Source: Amoebidium appalachense
Lineage: Eukaryota > Protista > Ichthyosporea
Direction: 5' to 3'
Assembly: GCA_963693365.1 (NCBI GenBank)
Contig: CAVNZM010000007.1
Span: 3,271,979 to 3,335,978 of the forward strand
DNA length: 64,000 nucleotides
Below the pieces are notes generated by a model. The model saw only the letters and a list, made by a program, of their open reading frames with translations. It was not told where the DNA came from and did not search any database. Each line of letters begins with the position of its first letter. The stretch's first letter is position 1. Made by a program: the position numbers and the translations under genes. Below are positions 41,316 to 51,576 of this stretch, one piece after another.

Positions 41316-42076
41316 GCGCATTTTTGATTGGTCGCCGAGGAAAAGCAGCCGGCCAATCGTCAGCGAGTCTGCCATTTCAGCTCGTCTATGGCTGAGCAAC
41401 ACTACTGGTGCTGAATAGTTGCTAGATAGACCGTGCTCATGTCTGTTTTAGTGCTCGTCTATGGCTGAGCAAAACTATCGGTGCTGAATAGTTGCTAGAC
41501 AGACCGTGCTCATGTCTGTTTTAGTGCGCGGTTCTTTAGTTAATTGAAAACTATGAAGATTTGGGGCTAATCTGGCTTATACCGGGCCCCCCGTATCATG
41601 ATGGCTATCAGCAGGGTGTATGTTCTGCATACAGTAGCTCAGCGTGTATAACAGGCTATCAGCAGGGTGTATGTTCTGCATACAGTAGCTCAGCGTGTAT
41701 AACATATGTAACACCTAATCCGTGTATTCTGGGGTGCAAAAGGTGCTGGTATACTCTGGCGTTTAGGCATACATGCCCTTCAGTAAATAAAGGGTACCAT
41801 TTTTAGAGATACAGTGAAAACACACACCGGAAATGATGTGTGCCTATTTCAGGCGTAACCCCCCCCCCTCCCCCCACCCCTCTAAACTCATCCACAGACG
41901 GCACAGTAGTGGGCCACCCATCACCTGCATCACAACCACCCAAGCCTCGTACCCTGGCCCCCTTCACTAACATTCTCACGCAAACTTCAGCATGACTTTC
42001 TGCATGCATATAACACAGCTGTCACTGACAGTGCAGTTATATCCCCCCCCCCCCCCCCCTCCCTTCCCCCAACACA

Positions 42077-42109
<33 letters not shown>

Positions 42110-43770
42110 AGCTTATCACCCTCCTCAGGTTCATGTGGCACAACCGGACGGCCACGGTGTGCACAGGCACAACCGGACGGCCACGGTGTGCACAAACCAG
42201 GGGCAAACGGAGACCTTCCCCGTGGAAAACGGCCTGGCCCAAGGGGCCGTTCTCTCTCCCATCCTTTGGATCATCTTCTATGATCCAGTTTTGATGGCCA
42301 TCAAAAGGCACGGCAAGGGGTACACTTTCCACCTACCCCCACAGACACAACACCGCACACCGACACCAACACCCCCGTGTATGACGTCTGTAGCCTTCGC
42401 CGACGACACAACATGGTTTGGCCCGAACAAGGAGAGCATCCAGCAGCCGACGACACAACATGGTTTGGCCCGAAAACTCTCGACATCTCGGCCCCCTTTT
42501 TCTACTACCATGATCTGGAACCACACCCAGACCAGTTTTCAGTCCTTGCCCGTGGCACCCCAACACGGGCAACAGTGACCCCCCTACAGTACCGCAAATC
42601 CCCGGGAGCACCACCCCTACCCATTCGGATCGAGCCCCCCATGCACACATCAGAGCGCTAGGGGTTAACATCACCCTTCAACGGGCCCAACGACGGAAAG
42701 GCCGTGCAGCTGGCCTTACAGGCCACCACCATCTTAGCCCGTAAAATGCTGGCACCTAGCCAAGTGATCTACGTAGCCAACAGTGTGGTGGCCCCGGCCA
42801 TCCATTTCCTCCTCAAAGGATCCGTCATCAGCAACACCACCATACAGGCCATTGACAGCAAGTGGAGAAACCTCCGCCGTCGGAAGTGTGGTTTCCACTG
42901 GAGCACCCCGTCGGGGCTGCTACACCACCCCACTCTAGGGGGACTAGCCAGCATCGTCGAATCAGCTGCTAGCACCATGGTTACGGAGATGTGCGCCCTG
43001 CTGTGGAAACACCAGGACCAGCCGGGGCCGTGGTCCGGTACCGAGCCTGGCAGCAGCAACACATGACCGGCCTACCGTACCCTCCCCTGCAAGCACCCCC
43101 AGCCAAACTTTACAGGCTAGGGGGAAAGCAGCTCCACAACTATTGGGCCCATATCACGGGGATCCTCCACGAGCGGCACCTGAGTATTGTGGAGACACCC
43201 CCAACCACAACTCTCCCCCCCCCCCCCCCCCCCCTCCCCCAAGGAGAAGGAGGGGGAGCAGCAACAACAACAAGCACCCCCATCAACACCGTATTCCCGG
43301 ACCACACCTTTGCAACACACATCGGCCCCCATACCCACCCCCGTCAACTCTACACGGTAGAGGACACCTTGGTACGGCCGGAGGTGTTCCGGGCTTTCCC
43401 CGAACTGCCCCAACCCCCAGGCCTACCACACCCGGGGCCCACACAGTGGTACCGGCCCATAATCTAGGGGGCCACCCCCATAGCAGCCCAACTACGGCCA
43501 GCACCCAGGCAACACACCCACCACACCATTGACCACGTGGCAAACCACCCCGCAGGTGCATTCGTGGTGGAAATAGTCAAGAACGGGCAATGCGAGCTAA
43601 GCCAGGTGGTGGCCAACACCACCCACAACGGGGAGGCATGGGTCAAAATAGCTCATCTACGGGACAACACAGAGGAGGAGGGTCTGAGATAGCACCGACC
43701 CACCTGGAACGACCCAACGGCACAGCCAACTTCCTCTTCATCAGCAATCTTCCCCCCCCATCGGAAACCC
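42110..43770 (+). pseudogene. 5'-truncated non-LTR (LINE) reverse transcriptase relic
   Basis: FPVENGLAQGAVLSPILWIIFYDP, VAFADDTTW and downstream HHPTLGGL; several frameshifts and small tandem duplications. Confidence 0.88.
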
Positions 43771-44399
43771 CTCTACGACGTCGACGACGGGTTCGGAGTA
43801 GTTTACGATACCTGAGTGGCTGCGCTTGGTACCCTCGAGATTTTAATGGATGGAAAAGCTGAACACCCATCGTCGACGTCGACAAGCATATTACAGGGTA
43901 ATAAAGAGGTCCACTGATTTCTCGACCCTCATGTGTATATGCCAAAGTACTAATTGATTTCTCCTTGTAGTCTTTATGGTGTCTCGTAGAGAAAGTAAAC
44001 CCTGATATATAGTCACCACCCGACATCTATGTAAGTGATCATGATATACCGCTGAGGGGATATTCCGAGCAAAACCCCCCCCCCCATACCTGAGACTGGT
44101 TCTCTTTGCCTCGAGTAAACAGCGTAAACCCCCTATGGACATGCTGTGCATGCGTTTACACCGTCCAATAACCGAATGTAGCACCTATTCCAATGCTGTA
44201 GACGTGCTATGGACGTCGTAATCCTGTTCTACGTATGTATACTGTGTAGGCTAACATGATAGGTATCGTCGACGTCGAAAACAAAGCATACTGTGAAGGC
44301 GATTCTGAGCATCTTAATATGAGGTTTCCGAAGTCTGTAAACTAATAAGAAACGGCGAATTCTGCAATAATAAATACTGTTTTTATAATGTATAAGTAC

Positions 44400-44406
<7 letters not shown>

Positions 44407-44464
<58 letters not shown>
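44407..44464. repeat. (TA)n microsatellite
   Basis: Pure TA run ~60 bp before the AT-rich block. Confidence 0.98.
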
Positions 44465-44468
<4 letters not shown>

Positions 44469-44828
44469 ACACTACCCATTCAGAATAACACCACACCACT
44501 CCGTAGAAACACAATAACAACCATGCCCAGTCTAGTTATTTCATCTCGCCCCCTCCTCTCTACTCTTACTTGAAGCTTGTGTCACGATATAAGATGAAAA
44601 TAAAAATCCTAAATCCAGAAAGTGGTAAAAAGGTCAAATTCCGGAAAATCGTCAAATTTCAAAAAATCGTCAATTTTGGAATTTTACAATTCAAGAATTA
44701 GGACTTTTTAAAATCTTAAGTTTTAATTAAACATTTTTATCTTGAATAGCAAGGAATCCAATATTATGTTATTAAAATATAGGAGTAGAATTAAATTATT
44801 TAATAGTTGGAAATATAGTACTATTTTG

Positions 44829-44939
44829 TGTAGAGACGGATTACGGTTAATCCATTAGATTCAAGATCTAATTTCTTGTAGGTTGGAGCACCGCGAAAGT
44901 TCCGTCGATTTCCGTAGGTACCGAATCCTACCTCTACAA
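44829..44939 (+). tRNA. tRNA-like gene (anticodon CAA, Met-family body) interrupted in the T-loop by a 37-nt element
   Basis: Acceptor TGTAGAG/CTCTACA, D-stem GGA/TCC, anticodon stem TTAGA/TCTAA with loop TTCAAGA, T-stem GTAGG/CCTAC with TT^CGAAT split by 44885-44921. Confidence 0.8.
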
Positions 44940-44944
44940 CATTT

Positions 44945-45021
44945 ATATTCATAAATCTCAATTGGTCGAGCGCAAAATTTAAATTTTCTTAGGTTCCAGG
45001 CTCAATTCCTTGAATGAGTAT
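44945..45021 (+). pseudogene. Degenerate tRNA-like sequence (isotype unclear)
   Basis: Acceptor TATTCAT/ATGAGTA, D-arm CTCAATTGGTCGAG, T-arm-like CCAGG-CTCAATT-CCTTG; the anticodon arm is damaged. Confidence 0.5.
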
Positions 45022-45028
45022 TTATAAT

Positions 45029-45139
45029 TAAAAATTATCCAAGCTGGTAAGGCATTACTTTTTGATACTAACATTCGAAGGTTGGAGCACCGCGAAAGTT
45101 CCGTCGATTTTCGTAGGTACCGAAATTCTTTATTATTAT
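45029..45139 (+). tRNA. trnQ: tRNA-Gln(TTG) pseudogene interrupted in the T-loop by the same 37-nt element
   Basis: CCAAGCTGGTAAGGCATTACTTTTTGATACTAACATTCGAAGGTT^CGAA; acceptor TAAAAAT/ATTATTA (6 of 7 pairs); insert 45084-45120. Confidence 0.75.
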
Positions 45140-45352
45140 CGTTGATATAGTTCAATTGGATACAACACTTGACTCCGAATTATTTGGTTATAGGTTTGTT
45201 TGGCGGTTGAAAGTAAGAGTATAGACTTATGTCTAGTTATAAGGTCCCTTCCAAGTGCGTAGGTTCTTTCTTAAGTGCGCAGGATCTCTCCTAAGCTAGT
45301 TGGACTCTTCCTACGAAAGTCCTATTATCATCTTCATGACTCTATATTTCTC

Positions 45353-45443
45353 AGGTATTTAGCTTAATTGATAAGCATGCAACTAATAATTGCAAGGATG
45401 ATAGTTCGAGCACCGCGAAAGTTCTGTCGATTTCCGTAGGTAC
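45353..45443 (+). pseudogene. tRNA 5' portion (anticodon AAT; Ile/Met-like) joined at the T-loop to the hairpin element
   Basis: TAGCTTAATTGATAAGC D-arm, TGCAA-CTAATAA-TTGCA anticodon arm, then GATAGTT running into GAGCACCGCG...; variant copy at ~55405-55496 on minus. Confidence 0.65.
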
Positions 45444-48400
45444 TAACTCCTCCTCTATTTTATATCTATTTTATGTCAGGAATATAAGATGAAAATCAAT
45501 CCAGAGCAAGGTGAACTATCATTTTTCTATCTTTAGCTAATCAAAATCTGAGTTTTAGCCTATCAGGAGTTGGGTACCTACGGAAGCCTACAGAACTTTT
45601 GCGGTGCTCCATTTTATGGACTTAATAAGAATCTTTATTCATAATGATATTTATTAGAGCAGGGAAATCCTAATGTTTAACAAGGTTGTCGTCGTTCTTT
45701 ATTATTTCTTTATACCGTTATGTATCTATTAAAGTATACTGTTATAGATAATTTTAATTTTCAGATTACAAGAGTCTCTCTTGAATTTTCTCGCTAAGAG
45801 ATAAGTCTTATGCTTTTATCCTCATACGACGACAAGCTCGTCTAGAACTCGCAACTCGCAAGTTCTTCTACTTATACAGGGTAAATTGTTAATTTTGTAA
45901 TTACAAGAGTCTCTAAAGAGCCTTATCGCTAAGAGATAAGTCTTATGCTCTTATCATCACATGACGACAAGCTCGTCTAGTACCCCCAAGGATTCATATT
46001 GAATTGAGATATTAAATACTGCTATTTTTTTATTTCACCTTTATTTATATTAGTGTCATCGGCATTAGTGGAACAAGGTGTGGTAAATTGAACTAGCACA
46101 ATTAGTCCACCATAAATTTAGCTGTATGTTGAGACAGTCTAAAAATTTAAGAACTTTCTAAGAGGGAGTATCTTAAATATATATTTAATAGCTCTTTACA
46201 CAAAGAGCAGGGCTATGAGCAGGAAATCCAATCTTACATGGGAGAAAACTGAATCTTATATATGTAATAGATTCTTTAAATTTTGATCACCTGTAGGATC
46301 TTAAGAGATTACACGTGGAGTTTCTGTTTCCTCTTTAGGACATTTACGATGAAAATAGAATTCCTAATATTAATAGCATATAAATTAAGCATAGAAAAAG
46401 TACATCGTACCAACTAGGAGATAATCTTTAGTAAAATTCTTATACGAGACTGTTATGTATTAAGGAATAGATAACCTTGGGGGGGAAAAAAAGAAATTCA
46501 TTTTTATTCTTCTGTGATCTTTCTATTAATTTCATATATAGTAGGGTTTAAATGGGACAGATTAATTATATTTAAAATGCTAATCTTTACAGTGGTGTGA
46601 CTTTAGCATTATCATTTGGAATTTGATTGAGCGTTACTTTAGGTCGACTCATTCCACAAGGAGCTTCAATAATTCTAGTTTCTTTCAGATTAAGAATGGA
46701 GTTAGTAAATTATTCCGTTAGAGTATCTTCATTAGATATTCATCGTTCTTCCCATATTTCAACACGTCATTTTTTTATACTCTCTCTTAAGTATACTTAC
46801 TTAAATACTCTTAGTAGCTAAAGGAGTTTTATCCTTAGCTATTATATTATCGGCATTCTTTATCCTTATTAAAATTGAAAAGGTCATTTTGAGATTTTAT
46901 TGATTTAGCTATTTGAAATTTAATTCATTGAAAGTACATTACGTCTAGATCAAGAAAGATTTGTAATACTTACTTATCTAAAGTTTTAGGGGGGGGGGGT
47001 TTGCATTCATATAGACTGTATAGAGTGTAGCAGTTCTTAAGAGAAAAGCGAAACTGTACTCGATGGAGGAGCTAGGATGACAAGAAAATCGTAATGACAT
47101 TTAGGTTATTACTATTCTAATCTTAATGGTTCTGTATTCAGGAAACAATTGTAGATTGTATTTAGTATTTCTGAAAGTCACCTCTCTTTGAGCATTTGCA
47201 ATCTGATACCGTGGATAGACATTAATGCATCAAGGCATAGGTAGAATGTCTTCACATAAACTTGGCACAAATAATATCATAACTTTGGGGGGGGTAAGGT
47301 ATGTACTGCTTGAGAAAGTAGTATAGCAGAGAATGGCAAAGTGCCACTAACATAAGACTCCATTATAAACTTCGCTATATGCGGGTACCTATTATTCTCA
47401 TTAAAAATTAATCTTTCTAATAATAATATTATATGCTAAAATTATAGTTGTTTCTCTTAATACATAAAAATATTATCTATCTTTACCTGGGTTAGAAGTT
47501 TATTCTTTAGGTTAAATTGGTTTAGCTATTTAGAATTATGTGGATTAAAAATTTTATACGTCGAGATCATATGAGAAATCTGTAATATGTATTTACTGAA
47601 AGTCCTAAGTCTTCGGCACCCAAATAGACTGAGCATAGTACAACAGCTCCCAATATAAGAGAGAAAATTGTATTTAATGAGAGCCTTTTGGCATTCTAGA
47701 TTAATTTGATTCAGTATAACATCAATAAACAGATATTAAGGTGTTAATGTATGTATGAAATGTAATTACCTAAATTTGGCAAAAATAAAGATATATATAT
47801 GCTTTAAAATAATAATATTACTAAGAATGGCTTTGCGCGAGCGGATTTATTACTATTATTTGTAAGTTTTCCTGTAAAATAAAGATCAATATTTTTATGT
47901 TAGGTGAGAATAACTATGTAAATAATAGATAGTCTTTTTAACTATTAGGCCTAGATAAATTAAGTAAATCTAATATGGAGAGTAAGTGTGAATATTGTAA
48001 AAGCAGGGGGTTTGAATGATAGTGGTAACTGGTTTAGACCAAACAGGGAAGACTGAGGCAGATGAGACGTTAATTGTAGAGGTTATCGACTGTTAGTGTT
48101 ATTCAAATAAATCCTTTGGAAGGGCCCAGAAAAATTGCTTATTGGGATGTTTACAACTAAATGGAAGCATGATGAGATTACTATTATTGATAATTTACAA
48201 ATTCAGTTTATTGCTTGTTATATGAACATGTTTGAGTAGTTAATGTAATGGATATTGATTTCACATAAAATAATTTTAAATCAAAATTTAACAATGGTGC
48301 AGTGACAGCGCTATGCATATAGGGAAAATTTTTTATTGGATTTATGATTGTTATATGTGCAGATAAAGTAAGAATGAATATAAAATAATTATTATATTTT

Positions 48401-51400
48401 TCTTAATCAATTGAAAAAGGATCTTATATAGAGTTTACTGTGTGTTAAATTCGGATTCATATTAGGTGCCTTCTTGGGGGGGATAGCATATGGTGGAGGT
48501 TTGAAAATTTTCCTGCGTCTTTAGCAGTATGAACTTACACTCTCGGTCTTCTATTTACAAAATAAATATATTACTATTAAGCTAGATTAGCGAATCGTGT
48601 TTATTTAATGACCTAGAAGTCCTGAAAGTTGATAATAATACTTGGGTTTACGTTCATTATTTCTAAGCAAAATTTTCACCCTGGAGTTATGTTAATCCTA
48701 TATTGATTAAGAATAGAATTGGTAGCCTTTAGAGCTATGGTACACTATTTTATCTAGTGGGACTGTGTCAACTATTATCTTCCTGTGTGATAGAAAGAAA
48801 TCTAATCATTATTGGTGTCGAAGTGGCATTTCAGATTTTAGTTGTTAAATATATGATGCTGTTATTTTTGAGGGACTTGAACTTTTAAACCTAGAGACAT
48901 TGTGTTGGCTGGTTTAATATTTTACCTGACACTAATTTCTTCTGTGTCTTTACATATAAGTATAGGAATATCATTTATTCATTAGTCTTTAATGTTGCAA
49001 AGCAATAATCTGGCCAAGGGGTCTTCTTATACTAGAAGTTTCTTTTCCATAGTAAAAAAGAGAGGTTTCCTGGAATAGAATAAAGGATTTAGCATGAGCA
49101 TATTTCCCACCACGATAAATGATATAAAATAACACTTTTGTAATAGAATGTTGATGGTACTATGAATAATTAATGATCAGGTAAGAACGGGATATAGAGA
49201 TAAAATTAGTAATTTTAATGCGGTAATAAAAATTTATGTTATAATAGTAGAGGATCTTGATAGATATTTGGTAATCGTATATAAAACAGGGCGGCTTCTG
49301 TCTTAAATAATAACATCATTATTGTTGCTATTGTTTATGCGAACATTGGTGTTAACACGTTTTCTAAACTTATGTAGAAAGGAATTATATTTGATACGAT
49401 GAATCCTGATGTATCTTTGGTAGCGTAGTAATAAAGAAAAAATTTTGATCCCGTATTTGATGCTAATTCAACGAGTTAAGATACGTGTTAATGAAGTTAA
49501 TAAGATGTTAAAATTTAATTAGATATTCCTAATGTAGACTTTCCATTTACTAATGTTATTTTATATGTGCTGGTTAACATTCGAGGATTTGTTATTTTAT
49601 ACAAAGTTATCACGACAGGCTAATTCAAATCCTAATCTCTTCTAAACTTTGGTGATATTCATAATGTTTATATTAGCGACGATGTTATATTTAATTAGCT
49701 TAAATCACAAATTAGTACATTGTAAGTTTACAGAGTTTTTAATTAGATTACAGAAATAATGGTATCGGGAAGAGACTCGGAGAATTGAAATAATTAAGCT
49801 AAGTAGAGAACCCAGCTTTCTTGGTAAGTACTAGGTTTTATGGGAAGAGTACAATTAGTTTAAGAGAGATCCTGCGTATTTTTAAAAAATCTTGCGCACT
49901 TAGAAAAGATCCTATGTATTTAAGAAAAATTTTTAACACTTGAAAATACCTTATTAACAAAAATCTATACTCTTGTCTCGCCGATAGACGAATCATCATT
50001 ATTACAACTATTGATTATATGCTCTACCAATCGAGTTAAATATCTTGCTTGCTAGGAATAGAATTTTCGTAGGAAGGGCCCAACTAGCTTAGGAGAAATT
50101 CTATGCACCTAAGAAAGATCCTGCGCACTTAGGAAGAATTCTACTAGCTTAGTAGAGATTATGTGCACTTTGGAAGAATACTACGTACTTAATAGTGACC
50201 CTATCACTTCACAAAAATCTATATTATAACTATAATCTCTTGTTCTCAAATGAGTGCTCAACCTATTGAGCCATTTTGATTCTACTATTACCTGTGGTCT
50301 TGCATATTAATAATTCAGATTAAGTAGAATTCAGACCTACTATTCTATCATAGAGCAACTTATTTTAAGAAAGCTTGTTTATAAATCTCCTCTTATTTTA
50401 TTTGTCATTTTTAAAAAGTGAAACATAATAGAACTAGAAAAGTTATTGTTATTTATATTTTCTGCTATGGGAAATAACAAATAACTGTTGTCTTATACTA
50501 AGTTTTATGGCAAGAACATAAGATTATTTGTCTTAACAACTAAGTACTCAAAGAACGGTAACTCGACTGAAATTTTAATATGAACTCATAGGGACAGACT
50601 CCTCGATGAAAACTAACTCCACATTACATACTTAGACTTTATAAATAGGACACTTTTTCATCCAACAAGCATTATACTCTCGTCTATTTAGCTAATATTA
50701 CCGTATCTGCACGGGTAATTGATTCTCATAATAAAACCTCCATACGTCATCATACAGATGCCAATTACAAAACAATAAAGTAATCTCTTGCCATCTACTC
50801 ATTGCTTTTATATAGTATTAGAGGTATTTGAAAAGTCGTCGCTCATTGAATATTTGCAATATTGATATAGATCAGCGCTATTCCCTTTATTTTTGATCAT
50901 CTTTTAACTTAGTACTAAACATGATTAATTAAATTATATATTTTTAGCCTTTAACTAAAATTTGGTACCAAAAGCTTTAGAAGGCTTTCCGGATTTGGTA
51001 CTTGTACGCAAGCAAGTAGTGTCCTAAATCACAAAGCATTAAGTTTATAAGAGCCTTTACACTCTAGCCTTTAAATTGATGCATACAGTTCATAGTAAAA
51101 ACTCTTCAACGGTCAAAAAATTCATCGATTTATTAATTCTCCGTTAAACATTCTTCAATCAACTAGTGCCCCCGTCATTTTTCATCAATAAATTACTCCT
51201 CCATTAATTATCCTTAGATAAATTAATTATATTCTGCCATCAATTCTCATCGCTCTATTAATCCTTCTCATTTGTTAACTCTTCTCATCCATAAATTTTC
51301 CCTCGATCTAATAATTCTACTCTTTACGTCAATCACTACGTCTCCAGCGTGACAAAACCCATCGACCATAAACATTCCCTCTCTTTTCTAACAGATTCTT

Positions 51401-51576
51401 CTGTTTCTTACTAAAGAATCCTTCTGCCTCTCTAACCAATTCTTCTGTCTCTTACTAAAAAATCTCAACCCTACCCTACATGTAGATTCTACACATGCCT
51501 AGACTACATGCCTAGAATAGAAGAAGAGAGACGAGGGGCTATGTGAAATAACTAGACTGGGCCCCCCGAACTAGAC

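Larger units (their letters stand above)
44525..51567. other. AT-rich ~7.0 kb unit capped by terminal inverted repeats; probable integrated linear organellar (mitochondrial-type) chromosome
   Basis: Abrupt compositional shift and loss of long poly-C/CA tracts. Ends are GCCCAGTCTAGTTATTTCA (44525) and TGAAATAACTAGACTGGGCCCCCC (51544-51567). It contains a tRNA-like cluster and almost no ORFs. Organellar origin is inference. Confidence 0.65.

Noticed and set aside
44885-45610. 37-bp repeats as a CRISPR array
   Set aside because: Spacing is irregular (~200-320 bp), one copy is inverted, the intervening DNA is tRNA-like, there are no cas genes and the context is eukaryotic.
48905-48925. LAGLI peptide suggesting a LAGLIDADG endonuclease
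   Set aside because: It continues FYL rather than DADG/DGDG and is surrounded by stops.
47141-49890. Long ORF under TAA/TAG=Gln, TGA=Trp recoding
   Set aside because: In the one frame I translated by hand, stop frequency was about what AT-rich random sequence gives and no known motif emerged. It is left only as a test to run.
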